Source of the DNA: Octopus vulgaris
Lineage: Eukaryota
Direction: 5' to 3'
DNA length: 64,000 nucleotides
NCBI GenBank assembly: GCA_951406725.2
Contig: OX597818.1
Span: forward strand, 98,642,001-98,706,000
In this document: positions 42,029 through 54,823 of the stretch, in pieces
Position numbering within the stretch: the first letter of the stretch is position 1
Layout of the letters: every line of letters starts with the position of its first letter
Program-made: the position numbers and the translations under genes
Notes under the pieces: model-generated
The model's database searches: none
What the model saw: the letters and a program-made list of their open reading frames with translations, nothing else
Told to the model about the DNA's origin: nothing

Positions 42029-42032
<4 letters not shown>
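41522..42032. mobile_element. Foldback MITE with ~210-bp inverted arms in (TA)n
   Basis: TAATGTTATTCAAGTAGAACGAA..GATCCA and TGGATC..TTCGTTCTACTTGAATAACATTA are complementary arms. Confidence 0.85.
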
Positions 42033-42084
<52 letters not shown>

Positions 42085-42085
<1 letters not shown>

Positions 42086-42249
42086 GACGGACATCTTTCA
42101 GTTCCGTCTACCAAAACCACTTACTAGGCTTTAGTCGACCTGAGGCTATGGTAGAGGATACTTGAGCAAGGTGCCACGCAGTGAAACTGAATCTAGAGGT
42201 ATATGATTAGGGAACAAGCTTCTTACCACACAACCACGCCTCGCTGATG

Positions 42250-42319
<70 letters not shown>

Positions 42320-42591
42320 TGGGGAACAAACGTCTTTACCAGTAGAAGGGAACATCTGTAAGCATACAGAAAAATGTGTAAAAAACATTTGTAAATTAGG
42401 TTAATGTGGTGACAGCTATAACTCTAAGTGATGAGCCGTGAATGTGTAGTGAAAAAGTTCACTTCCCAAACACATGCTTACGGCTTCAGTCTCACTGCGT
42501 GGCACCTTGAGCAAGTGTAGCCTAGTATAGCCTTAGGCCGACCAAAGCCTTGTAAGCGGATTTGGTAGACAGAAACTGAAAGATGACTGAC

Positions 42592-42649
<58 letters not shown>

Positions 42650-42653
42650 CTGT

Positions 42654-42703
<50 letters not shown>

Positions 42704-42925
42704 GTGTGTGTGTATTTAAGTGTGTCTTTGTTTCTGTGATTGTCTTCCCACCATTACTTTGACAATCGATTTTGATGTGTTAACGTCCCCGTAACTAAGC
42801 GGTTCGGCAAAAGAAACCGATAGAATAAGTACTAGGCTTACAAAGAATAAGTCCTGGGGTCGGTTTGTTCAACTAAACCCTTAAAGGTGGTGCCCCAGCA
42901 TGACCGAAGTTCAAAGACTAAAACA
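42085..42925. mobile_element. Two SINE A copies (minus-strand head 42085-42240; plus copy 42430-42925)
   Basis: Family A motifs in both orientations. Confidence 0.8.
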
Positions 42926-43380
42926 GATCTTAATTTATTGAAATTAGACCTTGTGACAACGTCAAAGGTTGTGGGAAGATAATCTCAAGAGTTAAGAATT
43001 TTTCGAAATTGATTTAATAATAAAGAAAAGATCTCCCGTCTCTCTTGAAATATGGGCACGTCTGTGGACGTACAGAAAAATGTGTAGAAAACATTTATGG
43101 TCTAGATTAATGTGGTGACAAAAATAACTTAACGTGGTCATTGTTAAATTAAGATTGTTATTCTAAAGGAAGTTTTAAAATAACAGTGAAATATATTTTG
43201 TGTGTGGTGGGGTTCAATAGTGAGAGCCAAATTCATTGTGAAACTCTTGTTGACTGGGAGATTTGTCAGACTGCTTCTTCAAAACTTATTATGAATTTTA
43301 CAATATTTGTTTATCTGTCTATGTATCTACATATCTGTTTATCTATTCATTTATAAGATAAAGCTAAATACGAACACATA

Positions 43381-44644
43381 CATAAATAATGCGTTTTTTT
43401 TTTCAATTGCATAAACTAAAAGTTGGAGGCGAACGGGATGAACTACTTGCATGAACTTGCAATAAAAGTTGGTAGTAATTTTTCCGTATCCTTATTCTTA
43501 ATGCAAGTCGTCAAGAGTGCAGTTCGATTTTAAAAGTTACTTTTTCAAAGTTATAACGGAAGTTACCAAGGAGCATATTCAGGATATTTTGCTTTATGAG
43601 TTCAATAAAGGCAACAACGCAACGGAAAGTGCGAGGAATATTAAAACAGTATATGAGGACCGGACAATAAGCTTAAGCCAGCGTTAAAGGTGGTTCCAGA
43701 AATTCCGAGCCGGAAACTACAGCCTAGAAGACGAGCCTCATCTTGGAAGATCTGTAGAGTTCGACGAGGAGGTCCTGGAAACCTTGGTGGAACAAAATCT
43801 CATCGTAATTGCCGAGGAACTAGCAGAGAAGCTTGGATTTGGTCATTCAACCATTCATCGATACCTGCATGCCATCAGAAAAATCAGCAAATTGGGTCAA
43901 TGGGTTCCTCACAAACTTTCTGAGTCTAATCGCGTGCAGAGGCTTAATGTGTGCTCTTCTTCGCTGTCACGTCTCACGAATGAATCATTTTTGCACCGAA
44001 TAGTGACTGGAAACGAGAAATTGGTTCACTACAAAAATGTCAATCACCAAAGACAGTGGGTAGGGAAACGAGAAACACCGGCACCCCAGGCTAAAGTAGG
44101 TCTTCACCTAAGTAAGGTATTGTTATCTGTATTGGGGGATATGAAAGGTTTAGTCCACTTTGAACTTTTAATCCAAACAAGATTACAAAGGATATCTAAT
44201 GCGAGCAGCTTGAGCGGTTTAAGTCAGCGCTAGAAGAAAAACGACCGTCTTTGGTTTCAAGACGAAAGGTGTTCTATCAGGATAATGCTCGGCCTCATAC
44301 AAGGATATTCGAAAATCTGGAGAAATTTGAATGGGAAACGATTCCCTGCCCACCATATTGCTGAACATTGCCCCATCTGATTACCATTTATTCTGGAGTC
44401 TTCAAAATTATTTGGAAGGAAGAAAAAGGAATTCTGTAGACGAGAGCAGAACAGTACTGAAGAAGTACTTTTCGTCCTGGACAAGTGAATTTTGGAAGAG
44501 AGGCCTTGCAAGCCTACCAGATAGATGGAAAAGCATTGTAGAAAATGAAGGAGAATATATTTTGGATTAAAAAACAACTTTGTTATCTTAAGTTTGAAAA
44601 ATAAAAGTATAATAAAAAGCAACATTATTTATGGGTTGACCCAA
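43381..44644 (+). mobile_element. Mariner (mellifera-subfamily-like) transposon, transposase pseudogene 43556-44570
   Basis: 3' TIR CATTATTTATGGGTTGACCCAA|TA and partial 5' TIR CATAAATAATG. KEHIQDILLYEFNKG..WVPHKL..RIVTGNEK..QDNARPH..IAPSDYHLF..WKSIVENEGEYILD*, with a mutated start (ACG), a stop and frameshifts. Confidence 0.93.
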
Positions 44645-45206
44645 TATATAATACATATGTATGTATATGTACATATATTTAAGAAAGGGTGATATTTAGT
44701 TACATAATGTGTATTTCATAAACAAGACACATTGTGAAATCGTCAGAGATGTGTAACCTTTCTACATAACATTACTGGAATACAGGAATGTTACGCATAA
44801 AGGTTATACATCTCTGATGATTCTATAAATTTTGATTATATAATTTACATTATGCAACTTATAGTTACTCGTTGTTAACTTAATAAACAATTTTTTTTAA
44901 TGAAGCTTACTTCATAGTGTAACTGGATATCTAATAAACAATATCTTGTATTTTGCTTTATTTTCTCCACCCCCTCTCCCCTTCCATGTACTCTGGAAAA
45001 CTCCAAACTCGATTCATAAGTGATACGGATACGATAACAGGGAAAAATTAGACGTAGAGTTATTGATACGGATTATTTGGTTATTTGCCACGCAACCTCG
45101 GCTTAAACCCAATGAAGATATATTTATACACACGCACACACGTGCTCGCACATACATATATACATTCATATATACACACATACGTGTATATATATATATA
45201 TATATA

Positions 45207-45583
45207 TCTCTATATAAACGGCAGTTTGTCTGTGCGTTTTCTGTGTGTCTGTTTTCTCGTACCCTCACTCTGACCACGGCTTTCAACCGATTCTGATGAA
45301 ACTTGACACACACATAGCCCAATGTCATAATTCAAAACTAACGCAGCGAAAATTTTGAAAAGTTCCCCCAGTTCTGAAAAAATCGATAAATTCGACATGG
45401 GGTCGAGAATTAGAAACCAAAACCACAGACCGTCTAGGGGACGCAACTCTACCTCTTTTAACTCTCAAAAAAAATTTACCAGCATTTTTTTCCATTCTTT
45501 TGCTATTTTTTGGCTATAACTCTCTAAAAATGCTTTATAGTTATTTCCCTTACAAACCTGAGCAACGCCGGGCGATACTGCTA

Positions 45584-45584
<1 letters not shown>
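45207..45584 (+). mobile_element. Non-autonomous Helitron, copy 2
   Basis: A|TCTCTATATAAACGG..CCTGAGCAACGCCGGGCGATACTGCTAG|T, with a subterminal hairpin. Inserted in (AT)n. Confidence 0.8.
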
Positions 45585-45639
<55 letters not shown>

Positions 45640-46369
45640 AGATGTATTAGTATAACGCTCAGGAATAGAAAAAGTATTTTACGTTTCGAGCCTACGCTCT
45701 TCTACAGAAAGGGACACAGAAAAATTTTGTTTGCAACAGTTAGATGCGAACTTAATCGTGGTCTGATCGGCATCTTTACTCATGTGTCTTGAAATTTATA
45801 TCTACATCTCTATGAGTAGATTTATCTTCTCTGGGATGTCAATAATTAATTTAATAACTTTGTATTGTTGGAAAACATATATATAGTCTGCTTGGAATCT
45901 TACTTCAAGTTCCTGGCACTCACTTCTATAACTTTATAAGGATATTTACACTCTCTAAGATGTTTGGAAAACCTATATGAAGAGTACTTGACATTATATT
46001 TGCTGTAATATTTGGAGCTTTAATAAAATGTTTATAGTATGAAACAATTGTACTAAACTACTGATCCATTCTTGTTGCTTATTTTTTGGTTATATACATA
46101 TATATATATATATATAAACATATGATATGCAGATATGTATGACTACATATAAATGTGTGTATGTTTAGGTGGTCTTATATATAGGAATCGTAATATATCT
46201 CCCACTATGACTATCTAGCCGTTTAATAAAGTCGGTCTCTATTCAAGTGACACCACTCCTGTTAATTCCATAAGTATTTTAAACTATGCAACAGATAATT
46301 ATGTATTTATATATTCTTAAGCTGCTACTTTCCGCTGCTTGTCCTTTTATATTACTTTTCTGTTTATAG

Positions 46370-46675
46370 ACAGTAGAAATTTGACTATTCATGATGCTGG
46401 CACCATAACAGTTACAGGTGAAAACATTGCGACACTTTTATGCCCTTTAGAAGAGGGAGACACGCTGTCAGTGTGGAAAGGAAATGGTACCGTTATAGGT
46501 AACTGCACTGGAGGTTTCCGACCCGTTCACACATACTATGAAACAATGGATTTATCATGTGCTCCAGGTGGTTCAATTCTAAAATTATATCTTCCCTCTA
46601 ATACAACGGAACTGAATGTCTTGTGTGAAAGTCAGAGTAAGAAAAGAAGAGTATTTAAATTAATCCACAAACCAA
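46370..46675 (+). CDS. Internal exon, Ig-like domain 3 (type B)
   Basis: Polypyrimidine tract plus TAG acceptor (ends 46369) and A|GTAAGT donor (46676). 306 nt, phase 1-1: DSRNLTIHDAGTITVTGENIATLLCPLEEGDTLSVWKGNGTVIGNCTGGFRPVHTYYETMDLSCAPGGSILKLYLPSNTTELNVLCESQSKKRRVFKLIHKP. C-x10-W-x9-C-x17-C-x21-C; four N-glycosylation sequons. Confidence 0.85.
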
Positions 46676-47524
46676 GTAAGTCTGATTAAATTTAAGCTGC
46701 ACTGTTTCCCTGAAAATTTTTCAGCTTTTATAACTTATAATATCTTTCGTCAGTAAATTTTTTTCCTGCTTACAGTTTATACTTTATTGCACCTGAATTA
46801 TATTGGAAAAGAATCTGACTGGATGTGTATTTAAGGCGTTTGCTTCGAGTCTATGTGGTTTCACGTTCTATTCTACTACATGTTACATTAGACAAGTGTG
46901 TTGTACTATAGACTTAGGTAACTAAAGCCTTATTGAAATTTGCTGGATGAACACTGTAGAAGCCCGTCAGTAAATCTGTTTCACTTTTGTGGTAATAGGC
47001 GTATTCTATCGCCCAGTTTGTCAACACCGTCTGGTCCATGAAAACCTAGACGGTGTTCACTCTGTAATAAGTAACATGTTATCGACCTAAGAATAGTATC
47101 CTTCCAACTACCTCGGAAATTCTAAACTGATGGTCATGGAGCGGACCCTATCCTTATTCCTCTGATTAAGTCGTAAAAGCTTACTTTACCCTCGCCTTTG
47201 TAATTATTTTATCAATATTTTAAAGATAACTGATTATTTTATTTCCTGTGTATTCAATTAGCTCCAAAATGATCACGCTTGTTTTCGATCTTTTAAAGAA
47301 TGAGAGAAATTATTTTGATTCCTTTGAATTTGTTTTATCAATATCTGTATTGCATAACTCATTTTCCATTATTATTTTTAATTTGCTATGGAATGAGAAA
47401 TCTAGACGAAGTATATAAATACCAGTTTTCTGGTTTACATCTATTTGGTATTTAGACTTACTGAATTAAGTGAGTTTCAATTTCACTGTATCTGTTGAGT
47501 CATATATATATATATATATATATA

Positions 47525-49145
47525 CACTGGCCAAAATAAGTTTAAGACCGATGATGAGTTCTATTCCTTCATTAATTTGTTTTTAACAAAACTGCATAAA
47601 ATTATTTTACTTTTTACAGCTTATGTAGAATTTTTTCCTCTTTCGAATGATATAGACGTTATATATCTTTCTAAAATTCGAATAATTTTAATGCGCAATT
47701 AATTCAAATAATTAAAATTTGTCGCAAAATAAGTTTAAGATCGTACCAACATTATTTTGTTTAAATTGAAAATTTCTGGCACAAATGGTCAATGAACAAA
47801 AATTTATTATTAATATCTAGTTCCATAGCCATTATTTTCAATTACGATCTTACAAAGTGACATGGATTTCGACAAATGAGCACAAATATTACTTAGAATG
47901 TTTTGCTATATTCCTTCAATAAAATTATATAATTGGGACAAATTTGTTGGTTTTTTAGCATGAACTCTTTTAGAAACATGATTCCAAAAATTTTCTATCG
48001 GATTCAAATCTGGGTTCTGCGGAGGCAACCCAAAACCACCATATTATTGCGCTCGAAATATTGCAAAACTTTCCTAGCCTTATGAACAGAGTAGTTGTCC
48101 TGCTGGAAAATAGATGCCTCTGGCATCTGATTATTTAAATGTGGCAGCATATTTTCATTTACTAATTGCAGATAGTCTACACTGTTCAGTCTGCCATCAA
48201 CCTTAACAATTGGACCAACACATAAGCTGCTGAACGCGGCCCACACCATTTCCCTCACCTCTCCCTTGCGTCGTTTTCTTGACACACTTAGGATGGAATC
48301 ATTCAGTTGGACGACGTCTAACATACGTCTTTCTGTCTGATCAAAAGATGCAGATGCCGGATTAGTCGCTCCAAAGAACTTTTAACCAGGTCTCAGTCAT
48401 CCATTCAATATGACTTTTAACAAACTCGATCCGCTTCCGCCAGTTCGTCTCAGAAATTATCGGCTTCTTTCGTGCGATCTGGCTGAACAGTTTAAATTCT
48501 TTTAAGCTATTTCTCAAAGTTTGTTGTGAAAAGCTAATGACAGTTTCATCAGATAATTACTTGCAAATGTTTACTGCTGTTAGCATTCGGTTACCCCCAG
48601 GGAGCCTATGAATTGACCGATCCTTCTGTACTGTTGCTTTTCTCGCAGCGCCCGTTCTTTGCTGATCTTTGTATTGGCCACTGGCTTGGTAAAGCTCCCA
48701 TGCTTGAACACAAGCAGTTTTGCTGCATCCTAATTGCTAGCTAATGTTAATGAAGAGCACACATTGCTGATGAAGCAACACGATCTTTGAAATAGGAACT
48801 GGGCTGATACTACGATGCTTGCCCATTGCGAATTATTGTGTAACAATGCTCGTTTATTCAACAAAACAGTGCAGTACGACCAGCCATATGACCGCCCATT
48901 TGGTTTATTAATTTGCATAATCTTGGTACGGTCTTAAACGTATTTTGCTGACAATTTCTAATTAACTAATTGCGCGTTAAAATTATTCGAATTGTAGAAA
49001 GATATATAACGCCTATATCATTCGAATGAGGAAAAAAAATTCTAGATAAACTCTAAAAAGTAAAATAATTTTATAGTTTTGTTAAAAATATATTAATGAA
49101 GGAATAGAACTCTCATAATCGCTCTTAAACTTATTTTGTTCAGTG
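47525..49145 (-). mobile_element. Tc1-like DD34E transposon with ~225-bp IR/DR terminal repeats; transposase pseudogene ~47810-48826
   Basis: TA|CACTG..CAGTG|TA ends; TIRs at 47525-47749 and 48923-49145. Minus strand MGKHRSIS..MVWAAFS..FQQDNYSVHKA..NPDLNPIENFW..GYGTRY*. Confidence 0.92.
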
Positions 49146-49599
49146 TATATATAAGTAGAATAGATAGCAGTTTGCAATGTTTTACCAAAATGGAAAGCTA
49201 TAACTGTCACTAAATGTGACTAGGGTGCTAGAAACACCTACATTGACAGATATTACAGCTAAAATGCTCTAATGATGTAGTCAAAGCACATGATAATTGT
49301 ATACATTTATACAGGCTGGGATTATAGTCGTCCGAAAACACCGCTTGAGAACACTTTGCACTGGATTCAGTTTCAACAATTTCCGTTGCCTCATCAGTAT
49401 GGACTAACTCTACTTTGGGAGATTTCGGACTTAATTCTATGTTTGTATATATGTTTTCATCATCGAAATATATGGGTGATATAGCGCATCGTTAATGTGT
49501 ATACACAGAATTAGAATAGACATCAGTTTGCAATGTTTTGCCAAAAAGGAAAACTAGAATTGTCACTTATTGTGACATCTATCTATCTATCTATCTACA

Positions 49600-49666
<67 letters not shown>

Positions 49667-49667
49667 A

Positions 49668-49748
<81 letters not shown>

Positions 49749-49780
49749 GTCTGTCTGTCTCTGTGTGTGTGTGTGTGTTT

Positions 49781-49827
<47 letters not shown>

Positions 49828-50280
49828 AAGGTACGCGTAGGTAGAATTGTTAGCACTCCGTTAGTATTTCATCCATCTTTACGTTCTGAGTTTAAACACC
49901 GCCGTGCATTTCATTCTTCCGGTTGAGTACTGGGGGGCGATGGAATCGACTTACCCCTCCCTCGAAATTGTTGGTCCTGTGTCAAAATTTCAAACCAATT
50001 TTAGAAAGATTAATGTAGGAGAGGATGGATTTCACGTAAGCACCAATCCTACACTTATCAAAAAGAGTCCCTAGTTCTGTCTATTTTGGTCAGTAGAGAT
50101 GGATTTAATGTTACATCTCTTTGTCAGAGGTATACCATGTCAGGTTTTTCGAGAAGGTGGTGAGCAGAATCGAGAAAAAAAAATGTTGACAATGATAGAA
50201 GCGTTTCTGATGGGAATACTGTTGGGCTTATAGTTGAGTATAATAATGCCAGTAATGATAATGAAGATTCTAATAATAAT

Positions 50281-50534
50281 GCTGGACTGGTCCATGTGCA
50301 GGTGGCACATAAAAAACACCATTTGAGCGTTGCTGCTGCCAGTACTGCCTGACTGGCTCTCGTGCCGGTGGCACATAAAAGCACCCACTACACTCTCGGA
50401 GTGGTTGGCGTTAGGAAGGGCATCCAGCTGTAGAAACTCTGCCAGATCAGATTGGAATCTGGTGCAGCCATCTGGTTCGGCAGACCTCACTCAAATCGTC
50501 CAACCCATGATAGCATGGAAAGCGGACGTTAAAC

Positions 50535-50572
<38 letters not shown>
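50281..50572 (+). mobile_element. 3' part of a SINE with (GAT)n tail
   Basis: GGTTGGCGTTAGGAAGGGCATCCAGCTGTAGAAA..GGACGTTAAACGATGATGAT. A related fragment lies at 40580-40705. Confidence 0.7.
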
Positions 50573-50573
<1 letters not shown>

Positions 50574-50705
50574 ATGAGCTGAGAACAATCCTTCATTTAT
50601 CGGCATAATACTGATTATTGTGCAATAATAATTAAATGATATAGAAGGAAAATTTATAAAAAATGAATTTCTTCGAAGTTAACATATAATACCCTTGTTT
50701 TTTAG

Positions 50706-50858
50706 GCTTTAGATTGGAGAATGTAATTATAATTATTCTGGTTCTTATCCTGTTGCTTATCATCATCGCTAATTTCGTGTGTTTCTTGACTAAACCCGGA
50801 CGGGAGTTCTGTATTCAGCAGGCGCTGATAAGTACGACCAATGATCCAGATTTTGAGA
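50706..50858 (+). CDS. Transmembrane exon of the Ig-domain gene
   Basis: T-rich tract plus TAG acceptor (ends 50705) and A|GTAAGT donor (50859). 153 nt, phase 1-1: SFRLENVIIIILVLILLLIIIANFVCFLTKPGREFCIQQALISTTNDPDFE. A 22-residue hydrophobic stretch is followed by basic residues. Joins exon 46370-46675 in frame. Confidence 0.8.
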
Positions 50859-50898
50859 GTAAGTCAGCAATTATGCAACTCATTTCCCTATATCCGTA

Positions 50899-50929
<31 letters not shown>

Positions 50930-51221
50930 GTGTGTGTGTGTGTGTGTGTGTATTTTAGAGACACAACCAACTAATGTATGTATACATGTATGTATGTCTG
51001 TGTGTTTGTGTATGATTCCATGTGCGTTTCTCTGCGTCTATATGCATATGTATGCAAGCAAGCATGTATGTATGTACACATGTAGGTATTGGTCAATAAA
51101 AACCACGCACATATACTTACATATAAACATATACATATACATACATACATACATACATACATACATACATACATACATACATACATACATACATACATAC
51201 ATACATACATGCATACATACA

Positions 51222-51768
51222 TAAGAACCCAAAGTATGGTGGAAGGCATAGCCACTCATAATAAAAAGGAGAACTGGTGGAATGTTCCAGTGAAAACCTC
51301 AATAAAATGCAAACACAATAGACCTGATATAATGATTTGGGACAGAGAAGAGAAACTGTGTACAGTTGTGGAAATTAGCTGCCCAACGGATGTTAACATA
51401 AAACTGAAGATCAGTGAACAAGAGAATACCTACGCTGAACTATTGAGAAATCTGACGTTACGCTATCCATATTATAAGTTCAGGTTTATACCTGTAATTA
51501 TTGGGGCACTGATATATGTAACACACTGCCTAACTACCAATCTTGAGAAATTAGGCTTCTCAGAACCAGAGAGGAGAAAGCTGATTCGAAGACTACAGAT
51601 CTAACCCATCACTAGAACTGTAAAAATCTGTTAAACTTTCCAGAAGTTAATCATTTAAGTATATACGAGCATGTCTAGCTATGCAAGTATACGCATGAGA
51701 AGACTATACATAAAATAAAACATGCAAATCTGCACATACACACATACATACATACATGCATACATACA

Positions 51769-51800
<32 letters not shown>

Positions 51801-51920
51801 CATACAAAAATACCTAGTTGTTGCTGTTCAAATTCCAATGAAGGAGCCTTGGATCTAAGTTAGAAACCGGCTCGTTCTCTATTGGCAAGAAATCTTGAAA
51901 TAAAACTGAATAATGACGTA
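51222..51920 (+). mobile_element. 3' fragment of (CATA)n-associated R4-like LINE
   Basis: WWNVPVKTSIKCKHNRPDIMIWDREEKLCTVVEISCP..FIPVIIGAL (PD..E restriction-like endonuclease). (CATA)n on both sides. Confidence 0.9.
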
Positions 51921-52289
51921 CATACATACATAAACACATACATACGTACATACGTACGTACATACATGCATACATACATACATACATACATACATACATA
52001 CATGCATACATACAAACATGTATATATACACACATACATACATACATACATACATACATACATACATACATACGTACGTACATACATACATACATACATA
52101 CATACATGCATACATGCATACATACAAACATGCATATATACAAACAAACAAACATGCATACATACATACATACATACATACATGCATGCATGCATACATA
52201 CATACATACATACATACATACATACATACATACATACATACATACATACATACATACATACATACATACATGCAAACATAGATGCATAC

Positions 52290-54670
52290 ATCACAGAAGC
52301 TCTTTCACGTGACGACATAGACTCCTGTAGGAAAATCTGGAGTGAAAAGGAGTTCAATCAAATCGTTCTGTGGCTGTAAGAAATCCGAAGAAGTTAATGC
52401 CCGGCATTACACCCAAAGACATACAGCATTGGTAGTGATACCTTTGTAACTGGTACAAGATGGTGATACCTTTATAAATGGTACAAGATGGTGATACCTT
52501 TGTAACTTGGTACAAGAAGCTGAACTTCTACCGACCATGGTGTGTCAATCTATACCAGCAAGCTCTCAATGGGAACAGTAGCATACCACACTATTTAGCT
52601 CTAGCAGAAGCAAAATTGATCCCCAAATGTAGAACCAGCCACATGGCAAAAAACTGCCGGCCAATTGCTTGTCAGAACTTAATGTATAAGATACATACAG
52701 CATGCTTAAACCTCTTCCTCCAAAATCATTCTGAAACCAATAACATCATCACAGCAGAAGAAGCAGCTAGGAAGAAGGGAGTCTGAGGATGTATCGAGAA
52801 ATGGTTTAATCAACAAATCTGTCATGTCAGAGCATAGGAGAAACTTAGTTTCAATGTGGCCGACTTTGTTCCTCACTCATAGATGCTAGAAGCGCTTCGA
52901 TTTGCTAAAGTTCCAGTGAGCATAGTCAAAGCCATAACTGACTTGACTTCATCGTGGGCCACCACCTTGAAATTAAACACAAAGAGTGACTGATTTATCA
53001 CTGAAAGAATACAGTATCGCAGAGGAATATTCCAAGTGGTCAGCCTGTCTGTGATGTTGTTCATATTTTCTGTACCCGCCTTGTCATTCATGTTAAGGAA
53101 GTCTGATGGATATCTCACTGGTTCACAGCGAAACAAAAATACCAAGATTACACACTGTTCTTTTTGGATGACTTGGAACTTCATGCAAATATCCACGAGA
53201 TGAAAAGGATGCAGAGTTGGAGTTTGGTAAAGATAAATGTTATATCGTTGAGAAAAGGAGGAAAAACTCTTACATGTATTTAGGGATAGATGAAAATATA
53301 TCTTACAAAGGCACCTGTAACAAAATACGTGTCATTAAAGAATATTGCAGCCGATGAAAGAACATTTAGACCTCGGAACTCTCTGCATTCAATAAAACAG
53401 TGGCTCACAATATGTTTGCAGTGCCATTATTCATACCAACATTTGAACCGCTTGATTGGACTCTGGATGAAATCCGAGCCTTTGATATGAAAACCCGGAA
53501 AATACCAACAAGCATATATAATTTCCACATAAACAGTATCGTAGACCGCCTCTACCCAAAACGAAAAGAAGGTGGCAGAGGCTTAACAGTGATCCAAATT
53601 GCCTTTGAATGTCCTCTCATATCTCTGCGGCAACATCTTTTAATCACCAAGTGTCGATGTGCATCCCTCGACATCATAAGCCTTGGAAAGCAGCACCTTG
53701 AGCAGCATTCCTTGTCTTATGAGCTTAGATACATGCCCAAAGAAGTCACACAGCTCTATTGTAACGTATCGTCAAATGAAAGGATGAGCATATATGAGCA
53801 GAAGACCATGCATGGATATGTTAGTAGAAAACTCAGAAATGATAGTAACATTGAACACCAAAGAAGTCTATCATGGACCAACAACCGGATTACTACCACC
53901 CACTTTGAAGGCTATGCGTTTGCAATCCAGGGACAGGAAATATCAGCCAAATACTGATGCATAAAATGGACAGAGCGACAGTAAAATGCGACAACCGATG
54001 CAGATTTTGTGGAGTTAACACCGGAGATATCACCCACATCATAAGAAGTTGTCCGAAAATGTCTACCAATGAGACATGATGTTGTAACTAGGACACTGTA
54101 TGACGTGATCTGTTGAAAGGACAACCACGTGGACAACTCTGTGGAAGCCATTGCCCCTCATAAAAAAAAGTGAGTATTGGTGGAATGTCACAGTGAAAAC
54201 CTGAATAAAATATAAACACAAATGACCTGATATAATGACTTAGGATAAGAACAGAAACTGTGTGGAGTTGTGGAAATCAGCTGCCCAGCGGATGTTAACA
54301 TAAAGCTGAAGATCAGGAAAAACTTTTGAAGAATCTACTGTTACTTTATCCAGACTAGAAGCTCAGGTTTATACTTGTAACACACTGCCTAAATACCAAT
54401 CTTGAGAAATTAGGCTCCTCAAAACCAGAAAGGAAGAAGCTGATCCGAAGACATTAGATTTAATCCAGAACTGTAAAAGTCTGTAAAACTAAGTATATGC
54501 ATGAGAAGACCTGCATAAAATCAAAACAAACAAATCTGCACGAATACAAACATACAAAAATACTTTGTTGTTGATTTTGAAATTCTATTGAAGGATCTTT
54601 GGATCTAGGTTAGAAACCGGCTCTTTCTGTGTTGGCAAGAATTTATGAAATAAAACTGAATAATGACATA
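52290..54670 (+). mobile_element. 5'-truncated degenerate R4-like LINE (RT plus endonuclease)
   Basis: NCRPIACQNLMYKI..; AHNMFAVP..VDRLYPKRKEGGRGL; CRFCG..GDITHII; EYWWNV. Ends AAACTGAATAATGA(CATA)n. Confidence 0.88.
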
Positions 54671-54711
54671 CATGCATGCATACATATAACACACACACAC
54701 ACACACACACA

Positions 54712-54752
<41 letters not shown>

Positions 54753-54776
54753 TGTATATTTTATATTTTGCTTCAG

Positions 54777-54823
54777 TCGTTTCAGTCTTTACAGAAAAGT
54801 CAGATGCCAGTAAAAATATTTGA
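54777..54823 (+). CDS. Probable terminal coding exon (cytoplasmic tail IVSVFTEKSDASKNI*)
   Basis: Pyrimidine-rich CTTCAG acceptor (ends 54776), phase-1 continuation to TGA at 54821-54823, strong AG|GTAAGT donor at 54841. The exon is short, so support is limited. Confidence 0.45.

Noticed and set aside
45675-45712. Minus-strand GAGC-GTAG-GCTC-GAAACGT hammerhead-like motif
   Set aside because: The CUGANGA core and stem I are not satisfied.
52432-52518. Three ~28-nt tandem repeats (GGTGATACCTTTGTAACTGGTACAAGAT) resembling a CRISPR array
   Set aside because: No unique spacers, eukaryotic context, and it lies within a LINE; a slippage duplication.
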